Assembly (NCBI RefSeq): GCF_022539665.2
Contig: NC_081332.1
Location: 5,952,001 to 6,016,000 of the forward strand
Direction: 5' to 3'
Length of the DNA stretch: 64,000 nt
DNA from: Daphnia carinata
Lineage: Eukaryota
The translations under genes and the position numbers were made by a program. The notes under the pieces are model-generated. The model was not told the DNA's origin. It saw only the letters and a list, made by a program, of their open reading frames with translations, and did not search any database. Below are positions 1-14,600 of the stretch, one piece after another; the stretch's first letter is position 1; each line of letters starts with the position of its first letter.

Positions 1-123
1 ATGATCATATGTGACATTTCAACAGTAAGTTTTGGATTTGAGGATGGCACGTGCTGATCGGCTGGGCCCAAGCCATGAGAAGAGGAACTTGAATGAGTGA
101 GATCGGTTTTCTTCTCAATTGCA

Positions 124-3100
124 TTAAAGGAGTGTGTGACGCGTTTCAACGATCAGAAGACTGACCACGGCCGACGTCAACATTACCCCGGACGTCACGA
201 AGCAAGAAGCCAGCACCGTGCACTCGAGCATTGAGTCGTAGACGAAGAGTCCTGCAAGTCCGGCACCACGGCTTAAGGTGTTTATCAAACCCCAACCAGT
301 CGCTCTTTAAAAAAAAAAAACAGTTATTTCATAAATTTGCGTACTTAGGTATTTACGACAGCTTCAGGCATACCTGATAGATGTGGGGCACGTCTCTGTA
401 GAGGCCACCGTCAGTGAGGCCAATCCAACCGCAAAAACGGCATTGAAGGCTGCTTCCACTGCAATGACAGCCTCTGGAGATCTCACGGCCGCTAACGTAA
501 GTGTTAACAAACTACACGTTAGGAGGGATATACCTATTTGTAGAACGTAAGGATTCAGGTTAGAAAAATTGTTGAATTGACCGTTGTAAGAATGTTGCGT
601 TATACTGATAAGTCTGGCGCGGCCAAATCGATCCATGAAGATGGCCGCCAAGACAAGGCCAGGTATGAGTGCGACCTCGCCTATCAGATGTTCGAGGAAG
701 ACTTCTCCCAGATGGATGTTGTAGTCGAAGTCGAGGGCACAGAACGCGTCCATACTGTCAAACGTCGTGCCCTCCATTGTGCAACTCTCGAAGCGATAGG
801 GAAAGAAATCCGTGTCGACGAAGGTTGACTTTAAAATGGTGGAATTGCGGAACAGGGACCGGCTAGATTTGATTTTGATGAACGAAACACGATCGAAGTA
901 GCACGAATCGAAAACAACGTGATTGAGGATTATGTTTTCGAAACGAACGTTGGTGAAACGACCGTTGACGTAGATCACATTTTCCATTGACTGATTGAAT
1001 TGGATGTTGGCGTAGCTAACGTTTGTCAGCGTCGAAGATCTGAGTTTAAAGTCTTGTCCCTTTAGATATTTAACATATTCCGGGAACCAAAGAGACAGCC
1101 CGTAGTACCTTTGAATAATATATTTTTCAAGATTTTTTATTAACTGACCATAAAAAAAGAACAATTTTCGAATTTACCCAAACGAAGCGAAAATCCAAGT
1201 GACGAGGAGTGGGAGCGTAGCTCGTCTGTGATTGGCAGCAAAAATTTTCGAGATGAGCGATCCAAACTGTAGAAAAAAAATTTACAAACGAGAAACTGTA
1301 AGAACCCAGTCACGATTTTTCGTTTCAGTCAGGTGAAGCCATCGATTTTTTGTTTAGTTATTACTGCGGATCAGGAAAAGCAGGCAATTGACATTTTAAC
1401 GAAATCGTGCGAGAAGAATGAGTTGAATTCAGCAATTGCTAACCAATGGAAGAAAGAAAACTAGTCATGGGATGGGGGAGAAAAGAGGCTGAGGTTTTGA
1501 CTGAAAGTTATTTCGAATTTGGGTTTTCCCCTAATGTTGAATATGCGTTCGTTCTTAAAAGAGCCACAGAAACCACTAGCGTGAAAGTATGTTTCGTTTA
1601 CAACTTGCTACACATTTTCAAGTTAAGGAAAATGAAAGAAAACAAGGAAAAAAATCCAGTTAATCTCAGAATCTTTCTCGGTTTGCGTTAAGATAAATAG
1701 GGTTGGAGGGTAGCCAACCATTGGGATCAGACGAATTGCAGAAAGAATGGCGTGCCGTTAATATAGACAACAAATTGCTTTACAGATGGCTTAGTTAGGA
1801 ATTAGGTTAATGTCAACTTTATCAGTCGGCTCTTTTAGAGCGAGGGTCCCAGCGAGTCTGGAAGAAAACAATCGGATTAAATGAATGTAATTACATTGGC
1901 CAACGTGTACGACAGAACCGAAAGAATGGATTTCTGTCGGACTGTCGTGGGATGAGATGTTTCCTGGTCCTTGTCCTGGCTGTTTTCTCTTCTAAGTTGA
2001 TGTTTTTGAGATGATGGTAGATCTGTTTCGGATACTTTGTACTCATCCACAGTCAGCTTGGGGTGATTCTTTTGAAATATTCTCTGTTTAAAACACGTTT
2101 AAAAGAAAAAAGGAAAACGGGGTAATTAGTCGTCGTTCTTTGCGACACGCGCACACCAGATGCTCCGTTAACAACAGCTGATCAGTAAATAAGAAAGCGT
2201 GCCATAGATATTATTGCGGTTAAAACGACTGGGACTTTTTTTTTGACTAAAATATAGGATGCTTCAATATCCTCTCTAGTCGTCAACGACAGATAACACG
2301 CGATTCAACTCAAATTTTTACTGTGTGGTCAGGGACCCGCACTGTTACCTCGTCATCCGTAAGCACTTCTGCTCGTACGCGAACTTCATTTACACGTATT
2401 ATTTATAGTCATTGCTCCATATACTAAGCTAGCTTAACGTAGATTTCGCTCGAGTTTATGGAACGACCAGGAATGACATATTCATTATGTACTTGGTAAA
2501 TGACGAGCGCCTCGCTTTCGTGCCCGATTTGCAGAAGGATGCGTGGTGATTCGGGCAGGGCCAACAACCCAACGACGGCCAACGGCGTGGGAATTGCGCA
2601 GACGATCAAGAATATGTGCCAGGCGCTAAAATGTTCCTGGCCGTCCAGCACCACCATCAAACCTAGAAACACACATGTAGACACAAATCACGGACAGGCG
2701 TAAGGAAATTTGTTGCAAACATATCGGAATTTGCCGCGTGAAAACCGAAAGACCGTGACCCAATTCTCAGGTGGTAGTTCGCATCAGCAATCGATACCTG
2801 CCTGCCTTCCCTTCAAATTGTTTTTTTTTTTTTTTTTTTTTTTTTTGTTTCATTATTGGTTGCATGACCTCATAAGCAGCATCCTCCTACTGCTGGTTTT
2901 CAAATGCGATTTGTGTTTCTTTTGTTTTCAGATTTCCAACGGTTTCACCCACCCACATCATCCCAGCGTGTGTTTCTACAACTTACGGTGATTGCGGCCA
3001 ACCCAATTTCTCATCAAGGCTTGGGCGTATTACAGGTAACCCTTCATTGCATAGCAAGCTCATCTGCCGGCTATATAATAGATTCTATGGAAAAAAAATA

Positions 3101-5859
3101 AGCCCGCAATTTCCATGATATATGCATTTTAATCGAGTTTCTAAGAGCCGCCATGCAAATGATTCTTTCTGTGGCGAATCAATTCATTTCTCTCCTCTCG
3201 ATTCCTATAGCTGTTCGCAACGAAAGAGACATACAGAACTGGATTCTGACCTGTTTTGGGGAGGATGGCCCATGCCATTAGAGCGACGTAGATGCCACCA
3301 AAGGCCCAGCAGGCGAGGAGTGCGCTCAGGTACTTGACTCTTTGCGGCCGCGGGATGAATTCACTGAAGTAAGCGATGAGTATGGGCAACGAACCACCCA
3401 GTCTGGAATATTAATGCAACAATAAAGAGATAAAGAAGAAGAAAACGAGGCAACCAATGGAAGAATCGGTTCAAAATCCTCCGTTAAGTTATGACATGAT
3501 GGAAGAAAGAAAAGGGAGATGCCCATCTTCTAACGGATTTCCATTAAGACCACATTCTTTAACTGGACAAGCGCAGCAAATCTGAAGTCAGCTTGAATGA
3601 CACGTTAAGGTAATAATGGAATAAATCATAACAGTATATGTAAGGGAATAATAGCCGAGATCGTTCACATCGTATTAGCCTAAGCTGTTTACGAGGACGA
3701 CTGGCCAGCCGCAGCAATGATGACGGTGCGATAGTGGCACTTGGTGGAACGGGCCACGGGCGGAAGCCATCCGGTCTTTATCCGCGCCGCTGATCGGCAC
3801 CGAGGCACCATTCAATTATAACCCTCCAATAGTCTGATTCCTTTTTCATTCTTTTTCCTCCCCCTTCTTCTTCCTGACATGTTGGCTCGTTTCCCAAGTC
3901 TGCTCACTTGGGCCCGCACTAGCCCGTCGCCAAAACTTTCGCTTTCCTTCACCCCTCCTTCGTCACGTGTTTGCTGATAAAAAAAAAAGAGAGGCCAAAG
4001 ATCATTTGGTTGGTAGATTTAAAAAAAAAGCAGTTACGACCATAGATGGAAGAAAAAGGGACGGATTCAATCGAATGTCGTTATCATCGTCCGTCTTCGT
4101 CTTTCAATAGGAATTGACATGAAAAAAAAAAACTTTCTTCCTCCAATTTCGCTCTGAGAATCGGAACGTCAGAGTGGATTGCAGAAGACAAACATGCCAA
4201 GTAAAGAAAAAAAAAAAAAAGAACGGGACATTGGCGGGCTCGGCGTGATAGTTGGATGCGAGCCAAAAGCGTAATTCTCCCGTGTTAGGAAGAGCGGAGG
4301 GGGGAAAGAAAAGCCGAACGCGATAGAATGAAAAAAAAAGCGCAAGGGAGGTAGGAATGAGGGGAGAAAGGAGCCTTTGCTTGTTGGCTGTTTATGTATT
4401 GGTCTATTGGTTATTCGGCCTCTGCCCGGTCTATTTGTTTTGTTGATTACAACCGCGATAAGTCGAATGGATTGCCTCTGGAGGGCCTTACAAAAACTCG
4501 TGAAGATAAATATGGCCCGGTAAAACGAGCTCGTTTTGAAAAAAAGATGTTTCTTGGATGAGCGAATAAAAGAAAACGTAGGAAAATTTAATAAGGAAAA
4601 GAATCGATAACAATATTTCAATTGCGTTATTTCCGTAGTAAAGCAAGAAGCTGGAAAACTCATTCCGAAAAACCACTTTGCATGTGTTCCTTATTGTCCT
4701 CTTTCGTATAGTGCCGGATCCAATCACTATTGTGATAACGGAGACCCATGTCGTCCTTACTGTCGTAGCAACTCTTTCATTTTCCAATCTCTTCGCGTTT
4801 CACAAGTGGATGATTTAATGGGGGCCAAAAAAAGAAAGACGAGAATTACCCGATGCCGCCCAGCAGGCGAGCAGTGAGGAAGGTGCCGAAAGTGGGCATA
4901 AGAGCGGCCATCAAGTCGAAAATTGCGGCCAGAGTCATGGCCGTCAGCAGCGTCCTTCTCCGGCCGACACGATCAGCCATGCAGCCCCACAAGAGAGCGC
5001 CCGTCGCTAGGCCCGTATACGTCACCACGCCTGATGCAAAAATAAATAATATTTTATTAAAAATCAATTAAAGCAGGTGGCAGGTCGTGACAGCGAGACT
5101 AAACGGCGATTCATTTGCTTATCCCTCGAATTTATTGATCGACTTCGTTCGTTATTCGTTATTCGATTAATATGTATAATAAGGTAACATTAATCCCGTT
5201 ACACAAACTTGACGTTCATGAGTTTTGGGATGACTTTCGCTCGTGCCCTGAAAATGTCAGATGAACGTGTGCAGAGAACGCGTTCGAACGAAACTGAAAG
5301 GCAATTGCATTTAGGTCATGAACCATCGATCGGCTCTTTGTTGTCAATTTCTTATACAGTAGTTTCGTCCAGCGATCTTCTCCGTATGGATTATCGACAT
5401 CAATAAATCGGACCCACTCCCTTTTTCATCTTTCAGAGAATAATGGCGGAATGTTAGGTGCACCGTTACTAACCTAGAACCCGTTTTTCCGTTTGGCTGA
5501 TGCAAAAGTCCACCTCGGCGCTGGGCAAGACGAAACCCAAGACCAAAAGTTCGGCCGTGTCGGCTGCCAGTCCCATTCCGCAGGCTGCCAACAACATCCA
5601 GTGGAAACGTCCGATTCCGCACTGGGCGATTCAATACAGAAAGCAAGTCATGATGGGAAGCAATAACAGAAGCTTTGTAGTGCATCAAATCTGATTTGAT
5701 ATAACATACCTCGCTGATGGCTCTCTCGTGGAACTCGGATAGCACCGTATCGGTCGTGTCGTCTATGTGTCGAGGCACGCGCTCGGAAGGCTGCGTGTTC
5801 AAAGCCTGAACTTCTTCCTCCAACGAAACTTCCGCCAGTGTTTCTTCCGTGTTCGTCAT
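124..5859 (-). CDS. Synaptic vesicle glycoprotein 2 (SV2)-like MFS transporter with luminal pentapeptide-repeat domain; multi-exon
   Basis: ATG at 5859 (MTNTEETL...FHERAISE). Exons encode MFS motif A (WGCMADRVGRRRTLL), AYFSEFIPRPQR, LPESPRILL, GYYGLSLWFPE, a Phe-every-5-residue luminal region, MDRFGRARL, ETCPTSIRATGWG and terminal ...IVETRHTLL-TAA (124-126). GT-AG junctions are in phase where I checked them. Confidence 0.88.
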
Positions 5860-8800
5860 TTTTGTTTTTGTTCCCTTTTTTTTTATTCTTTTTTTTTCAA
5901 ACTTTTCTTTTCGATTGAGCCTAGTGCAAGTAAGTTTTCAGGGATGGATCTTTTAAATTTCAGGAGCTGATCGGGGGGTTGTTGAAGAGGGAGAGATATG
6001 AACGTCTACGACGTGTACTAGAAGCACAAGAGAGAAGAAGAGAAACACAACATCCAACGCTGCAGGATCGATCTTGTTACACAGTTTGTTCGGTAACAGC
6101 ATCAACCATTTTGGGTCTGCTAGAATGTTGGCACAGGTTGGCACTCAAATGGATGTACTCCGCAACCAAAGGTGCACACAGGAGTGAGCACTGTCCACAC
6201 AAGGTACACACTATGCGTCTCGTTTTTTCGGTTTGGTTTACTCAGCACAGAGTTTGGGGCACAATCGAACAAGACGATGGCGTCGCCTTAGCCGACCACT
6301 GACGCACTGCAGGCAGCAAACAATGAGCAAGTGTCTCCGCCGCCGCCACTGCGCCGTCCCCTTCGTCACGCGCTCATCGCGCTTGCGTGTCAAAACTTTG
6401 CCTTTTGCACCGGTGGGGCCAGGCAACCTCCGTCCTAATGCTTGCCCTGCCCGTCAGTGGTTGTTGCCTTACCCAACTTGTTTTTGTTTTTTTATTTTAT
6501 TTTGTTTTGTTTTGTCTTATCTTCTCTTCTAACAACCCTTGGTACAATGAGCTGTGTTCTAGAAACTCGTTAAGAACTCTTCTAGACTGATGCATCGTTT
6601 TCACTAAAAAAATTTTCTTTAGGATTTTGTGTTTATTCTTGCCGCCCCTAAGTGATGGCCCACAGTTCGTTTTCTTTCTGGCATGGCTAGGCAGAAAGAT
6701 AAAGTTGATTTTCCCGTTATCAGCACTTGGCCTTTCCGATGACGATAAAACAAACAAGAGTTTGGGCAACCTTTTCTTTTTGCTCCTGTTACGATAACAT
6801 TATTTTCAACCTGGTCTGGCGTTTCCAGCTAAAACGATGTCGAACCGTATGACGCTGCCATTCCCCAACGGCTTTTAATGACAGCAATCAAAGTGAAAAG
6901 GATAGAAACTGGAGGAAGTCTTTTACGGATCGAGTGAAAATGAATGGATCCTGTCATCGACAGGCGTAAGCCAATCCTGCCGAGCACTTTGGAGTGCGCA
7001 TTTGTCATGAAAAAAACGCTTCAAAAAGGAGGAGGGATCGAGTGAAAGTTGCATGACGTCATCCCGGGCAGAATCAATACGCCCGTGCCCGGCGCATTTC
7101 GTTCCGCTCGACGTGAGTATGTACTGTACGCTGTTTGTATACATACAGAGTGAAATGCAATGTCTGTATGCAGTAGTATGTATATGACTACTGTACATAT
7201 GAAATTTCTCCATCTGCAGCGTGTGCCATCGAAGATTGCCAGCACATCCGAGATCAATCAATACCACTGGGACGATTGAAAGCAATGCACTCCTATCCTT
7301 CATATCACGTCAGGCGTGAAACAAAAACAAAAAAAAAAAAAGGACGTAGTCATATGCAACTGGAGAAAATGGAGATAACCTAGAGAAATTTCCGTCTACC
7401 ACGCCTATAGGTAATACTGCATTGGCTTTTATATGTGCCATCTGATGATGTACTGTATAGACGCTTCAAATAGAGACCGGATGATACCCGCTCTATCTAA
7501 TAGGATCCTTTTGCAAAGTGCCGCAAGAGCTACGAAAAAACATTCCGCTTCTTTATTTTTTGGCGTTTTGGAACTGAAGTAACCTCTCTCACCGCTCTCA
7601 CCTGATGGACCCGGAAGGGGGCGGGTCGTCTTCCAAACCTGACCGCCCGGAGGTAACAGTTACGCCAACTATCGGTGAGAACTAGTAACTCAGTTGTCCT
7701 GTAGTTTCTTTTCCCTGTACATTTTCTATTTCTTTTTTACCTTAGCGGGGCACCGGCTCCAGGTGTGTGTTACACTACACTACAGACGACTTGAAAGAGA
7801 ACTGTTGAAAGAGACCCGGTTTTGGCCTCGATTCTTCAGTCAGTCGCCTCGCGGGTTCACCTGCGCATCGCGGCACCCGTTCCGTTCCCGTTGGAAAAAA
7901 AACAAAACAAACAAAAGACGGTGGAAGTTTTCCATTTCATCATTCATCGACATTTCGATACGTGTGCGTTCTCAATTCAGTTGGGTCTTCGATCCCGTTT
8001 GATTGGCACGGCCGTTCGAGGAAGCGGAACCATAGTGAAATGCCTCTTCGGAAGCGAAAACGATTGAATTATTAAAAAATTTAATCTAGCGTAGGTGTGT
8101 GTGTGTGTATGTCTGAAAGTGTGTGAGTGGTGTTCCTTCCTCGTGCGGATGGAGATTGTCTAGAAATTGAGTGATAACTGTTACTTCCATTCGATTTGTT
8201 TATTGCCAGTGTACCTGTGACTTGATTCGAACAAGTCGCCTTGAGTGCATACTTGGTGGTCCAACATCGACAGTCAACAATAAGAACAACAACAATAGCA
8301 AATAAGGCAGACGAGAGAAGAAAAAAGAAAACAGAACAGATACACAGTCATCAAATTTAACGAAACGACTAGCCCAAAGAGCAAAATGAGGCCGCGTTCG
8401 ACGTCCCACTTCTTCCTCCTCCTGCTGGCGGTGATTCATCCTTCCCTTACAAGTCTTCAAGACACAAGTAGTAAGCTCCTTTTTGTTTATATTATTTCTT
8501 TTTTTTTCCATCATTGATTTGCTTATTACCGCCAGCTTCTTCTATCCACGTAAGAAACTGCTTGATTTATCCGTTTTCTTTCACACACTATGGCACACAA
8601 ACAGTGTGGATAATCACGAACGCCCATACTTCTGGTAGAACGATCATTAGTGTTTTTTTTTTTTTTTTACCTCATTTTTTTTTTCTTTTAACGGGAATGT
8701 TAGTGGGGAGTGAGAATGTCGGACGGGAGGGAGCCGAATCGTGTTGACCCATAGTTGAAATACTTTGCCTAGTGCCTCGAGTCATGCGTGTTTTGAGGGG

Positions 8801-11691
8801 AGGAAAAAAGAAGAGCCGGAGAGGGCACCATCCGACCTTCACTCCATTGTCGTTCATAAACGAAACACGAAGAGAAGGAGAAAGAGAGAGAAACGAAAAA
8901 GAAAAAAAAAGGAGGGAGAGATTTTTTTGGGGAATGAAGTAGAAAATAAAGGGAAGAATAAGAAAGAAGGATGCCCCGTTGGGCTAACGGTACTCTTACC
9001 TTTCGACTGGCCGTGCCGCCATGTTTCTTTCTCCTTACCTGTCTATTTTGTTAGAGAGAGTCTGGTCGAAACTCGTTTAATCTTTTCATGTAATGCGTCT
9101 TTTTTTTTTTTTTTGGAGCTAGAAATTCTACTATATTGTACACGAAACCGAGTAGATCTCTACGTCTGGTATTCGGTTATGTCTGGAACTTTCTCTTCCG
9201 CCACGTTTCCGGGTTACTATAGTTTCACTAAGATTTATGTCTCTCACCTACATCCGTGACTGGAATCTTTGCACCTGGCCAGCTTCCGTGAACCACCGTC
9301 GTCTTACATAAAACAAAATTCCTTTTCGTGAAAATGACATAAAACTGGACAAAGCAAGCAAATGGAGCTTCGTTTAATGATCCTGTGACGTACCCTAGTA
9401 TACATGAATTAATTGCAATCGTGTAATGGCGCGTAATCAGGTCACAACTGTAACACTGTCGACACGCGGTCGTCCATAGCGGGCGAAAATCCGATTATAA
9501 AAAAAGAATGCACAGTGTACGCAAAAGAAAAAAAAAACAAATAAAATCATTTTTGTAGTGTTACGCGATTGTGCTCAGCGCGCGCGTCAGATTTCCACGA
9601 AAACCAACGGAATCTAGCCACTTTTTTTGTTGTGTGTTCTTTATTTTTGGAGATTTCATTAATTTTCTATCCGTGGCTTTGCGTGACTCGGTCAATAGAC
9701 AAAGGCGTGAGAAATTGGGTGTTTGTCCAGTCGAGCGGTGCTGACTAGACTTAAGGCAGGATCTTGTGAAACCGTCCGAATAAGACGAATTTTTAGCATG
9801 ATATCCGGCGATGCTTGCAATATGTACCGTAAGGCCACGTCTTTTTCTTGTACAGCATTTCAAATTGTCAGTCTCTGCCCTCTTCCTCACTTCTGCTAGT
9901 GAGAAATGTGCGTGAGTGTTCGACCTCTGATGCCCTATAGCGGGAGCTCAAACCGACTATCGTACACGTAATCACAATCTATCTATTTTCATCACCAGCA
10001 AACGGTGAACGGGTTCAGGCTGAGGTCCAATAGAGCGAAAAGGCCCTTGCCTTGTCTATACGCTTCAAAGAACGACGTTTCGGTCCCTTTAAGCGGTGAC
10101 TGTTAAATCATAACCGTGAGCTGTCCGAAATAATTTCTCATCCAACCTCGTAGTTTATTCATTCGGCATTTTTCACAAGTCATTTTGGAAATCTAGCTGT
10201 GTCGTCTTCCGTTTGTGTATACATCAATCCCTCGATTTGCTGGAAGCTATCGGTCGTTCTTGACCGCTAAGAATGTAGAGTTGTGATCTCCGTTACAGAG
10301 GAATTAGGTGCTCTATCGGTCAAGACAGTTGTAATCATCTTTTTCTTTTGTTTTTTCTTTCTTTTACTCGATAAAAGTAACGGAATTTTGATTTGATTTG
10401 ATCTTCTTGAAGAGCGCATTCACGTTTTCTTATAATGTGAGCCTCTCGTTAGAAAGCGGGTCGTCAAACGGTTACATTTCTTCTGGCTTTCTCTCGATGT
10501 TGATGCAATAACTATCCGTAAAAGCCTCGCCTTTAACATTAGTCAAACAAGAGTTCCGGGTGAAAGTTACTATTGACCTAGCTGCTGCTCCTTGATTTTC
10601 TCCGCGTATTTTCGATTTCCTTCCTTGAACACCATCAGATTGCCGTCGAGGAAAACAATAATCTATCGGGCGCTAGAGTAGATCTTAAAAAGCGATTTTC
10701 TGACTTGTCTCGTTGAAGGCAAAGCCACTCTGGTCCCGACGCGGAGAAAATGGGAAAGAATTTGATGGCTGGCGTTATTGTTGTTGTTGCCGGCTTGCTT
10801 GTGTAATGGCTTTTTAACCGATACAACCCACGGCGGATGTACGGCGGAAGTCGTTACACCTCCGGCTTTCCAACTTTTCCCTTTGTATTTTCATTTGGTT
10901 TTTTTATTTTTCCATTTCCTACTCTCCGTCGTTCGAGAGGAACGAATAACAATGTTTCCTTTTTTTGTTGGTTTCCAGCTACAAAGCTATATACGAGCCT
11001 CTTTGTGAGCTTGTTACGAAGAGCTTGTGTTGTTGACTAGGGCCAATGACTTCTCCTTCCGTACTAGACGAACTTTCAATTCGGGCTCTTTCGATCAGCA
11101 TATCCATAATTGAGATTATAATTAAATTAAAAGACCAGCAAAGCACTGGAGTTTCTTTTGTTATCTATTCAACGCCGACGATGCAAAAAAAATAAGGAGA
11201 ACGACACTCATAGAATAGAGAACAATGAAATTTGTTTTTTACTGATTCATTGGAAAAAAGGAAGACAATAGAAAAACTTGCCGACTCAGAGACAGCCGAA
11301 TTCATTGTCAACTTAGTAAGCAGATGACACATTCTGAATTCATTGGAACACAATGCTTCTTCGTCTGTGCAAGCTATTGTATCATTTTCGCTTAGTTTAG
11401 GACACTTCAAATGCAAAATTGTTTTCTTGTTTTCCGTTTTCTGTCGTTACCCTCAGCGTCAGCCATTTAAATTTATTTTTAACGACAATCGTTGTGGTAT
11501 TCTGAATCACCTTGGTTTTGCGGTGTGATTGGACTGCGCTTTTTCCTCTTTTTCTTTACTGCGTCAACGTAAATTCAAATTGAACACTTGAAATTAAATT
11601 TTTTTTTCCGGTGTCCTTCCTTTTCTAACTAACCATCAATATCTAGGAATTTCCGCATTAATAATTACCTTTTGTTTTTGTTTTTTTAAAG

Positions 11692-14600
11692 GAGAAAGAC
11701 AAAGGGAGAACGACGAATTTCTGCTGGCACGAGATGAACGTTCTGCCGTCGTTCATTTCCCTGATGACAACAACCAACTTCCGGTTCAGTCTGGCGGAGC
11801 ATCAACATGGAGATTCCAGTCGGATGACAACCAACTATCCAATACGCGCCAATCCAAAAGCCAATTTTCCATTCCATTAGGTAAAGCCTCTTAATAGCCA
11901 GCCCATCCAAATAATAAAATTGGTGCAATTGCGTCCATAAAAACAAAACAAGTCGTACTTATCAATGGGGAAAACATAACAACGGCAATAGCAATTTCAT
12001 TTCCTCCATTTTTTTTTTTCTTATTGCCACTTAGGAACCACCTCTGGTATGATGGTGCCCGTTTCAGGTACGAGAGGCACGCCATCCGGCGAGGGCGTCA
12101 AAAAGGGACGGAAAGCAACGCCGGATGTCCAGGATATCATCTCGGGCATCGTTCACCTGCTGGGAGGCAAAGTCAACCTTCACGCGGCCAGCGGTGCCAC
12201 TGAGGCACCATCGGTCACCTCCGGCAATCCTTCGGGCACCACGCTTTTGCGACCGCAAATGCTGGCCCCGCACTCGACGCGAATCAACAATCGAGCGCCG
12301 CCACGTATCTCCGAAGTGCCCTTTGAGGCTATTCCTCTGGAATTGGGTAATTCAGCTGGTAGACCCGGTCAGATGTTGCCCTTTGGTGTGCCGTTAAGGC
12401 CACCGATCTATCCACCCAAACTGCCCCAGACTGGACAGAACGTGCAGGGGCTTCCGTTCACCTCTGGAATTCCACTTCCAATTCAACTGGTTCCGCCCGT
12501 TTCACCAAACCGTCCGTGGCCTCCTGCGAATCCGATCGTATCGGAACCTACCCCTTCCGCTTCGGTAACGGAGAACTCGACCGTTCAAACAAGTTCCAGT
12601 CCACCCCCGATCGTTCATGTGATAGGAAACTTATCGCAGAGTTTCATCCCGCCGAAAAGCGAAACAACTTTGACCAACTTCTTCCCGGAAAATTCCAGTG
12701 TCCGACATCATCCGGTGATCGTAGTTCCTACTACAACAACGACAACAAGTTTACCGTTGCCGGAATCGACGGCCATTCCGGTTCACCAGTTCACCAGTTC
12801 AGTCGATGCCATATTGCAATCGTCCATCGAAGATGCAGTCTCCTCCAGCAGCCTTATCCCATTGGATATCCCTTCTGTTGTTCCAGCCGTTTCGGCTTCA
12901 CCGTTGCCAGTAATACCCTATGCCAGTGAAATCTCTTCTTCGTTGTCTATCCTGCAAAATTGGTCTCCTGCACCGTCAGTTGTGCCACAGTTGGAAGCCG
13001 GAACGGCCCCAACTGTTCCGCACTTACCTGACAGTAGTAGCTACACGCCTCCGCTTCCATCGGGGCGTCCAGGACAAGTCTTCCATGATGAATATTTGGC
13101 TCCGGCTAATGGCTATGGAGAGATTGACGTTATTACAAGCGACAACATCCAACCTCAAGGAAGTTATGGCGATACATTCGAACTGGTGGTGACCGCTGCA
13201 CAGAATTTCGGGGGCTCTTCGCCGCCCATCAATAGCGGAAGACCTTACGTCATCCCAGTCGATATCGACAATGTCCGCGGTGGAATGCAGGCGCCTTCCT
13301 CCACAGAGACGGACGAATACGTTTCAATCGATGGCCGAAAAACGTACTTTAATCTATTTCCAACGGAAACGGTGGAAGCAGCCGAACCGGTGGTTCAGCC
13401 GACCGCCATGCCAAAACCAGCACCGGTATTGTGAATTGATCAATTCCTTTCAAGCGATTCATGTGACGTTTCGATATAAACATATTTGGATACCATTGCA
13501 CGCATTCGCAGATAAACAGTAATAACGGGTACGGTTACGCTTACCCGGACAGTCCTGTTGAACAAGCACGACCAGCACCCGCGTCCAGGCCCAGTTACAC
13601 GATGCCAGCACCAGCAGCGAGGCCCAGCTACCCGAAACCAGCAGCACCAGTTGTGATTAACCGACCCACAGCTTCGCTGGTTAGAAGACCATCAACAACT
13701 CCACTCAGGTCTGTTATGATTGCATTGTACAGTAACAATAAAAAACATGCAAAACGACTGTTTATTGACGAATCACGTTTTCACGTAAAATAGCCGAATT
13801 GATGCCTGCATAGTCGGCGACCCTAATGCCTGTTTGGAACCAAATGAATCGTGCCAGGTTGAAGAAGATGGATCAGCTTGCACTTGCAAACCTGGTTTTG
13901 GCCGAAAGAAATCTAGCGATATTTGTAAAGGTGAAACGAAAAAACACAAAACAAAGCTTGTTTGTTTGAAAATGTCGCTAATGCATTTCTGGTTTTTTTG
14001 CGATAGCTTTGACCGGACTCCTGGTTTCAATTAGATTAGACCGATTGGATAATCAGAGACTATCCTGGTCGTCTAATTATGCGGATCCCACTAGCCCTGA
14101 CTACCAGCAATTGCAATGGGAAGCAAACAAAGCCGTAAAGATATCTCGTTTTCTACTCAAATTGATTTAGTTAGTTTCAGTGTATCGACCAGAGTTTAAT
14201 GGCTTTTAAAATTCACTCACAGATAAATTCCTTGATGGAAATGGCACCGCTGTCGTCCCTTTTTGTTTCGTCGTCTGTCAACAAGTTCTATGCCATTGGC
14301 AACAAAATTATTGTTAATGCTTCTGTTTTCTTGGATTCGACTCCAGAAACACAAAGCGTCACTGTTCGACCGACTTTGCAAAAACAGCTGTCTAACGTAA
14401 TCCAGCAACGAAATAACAATCTAGGCATCAGCAGATTGTGGGTTGAAGGACTGACGAATCCAATTCCGGCTATTCTAGGTAATTGATACATTGCTCTGTT
14501 TTTCTTATTGCAACCTGTTCTAAATTACTTCAATGTGAAAATGATCCAGATCTGAACGAATGTGGTGCCCCAGAATTAAACGATTGCAGTGCCAATGCGG

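Noticed and set aside
5963..6302. + strand ORF LKRERYERLRRVLEAQERRRE... upstream of the SV2-like gene
   Set aside because: No ATG start in frame near its 5' end, the nearest donor-acceptor pair is only ~33 nt apart, and no recognisable domain; probably UTR or promoter sequence of the minus-strand gene.
4084..11528. Numerous 60-160 aa Phe-rich or Lys-rich ORFs
   Set aside because: They derive from poly-T/poly-A tracts in introns and intergenic DNA or are antisense to real exons; no domain content.
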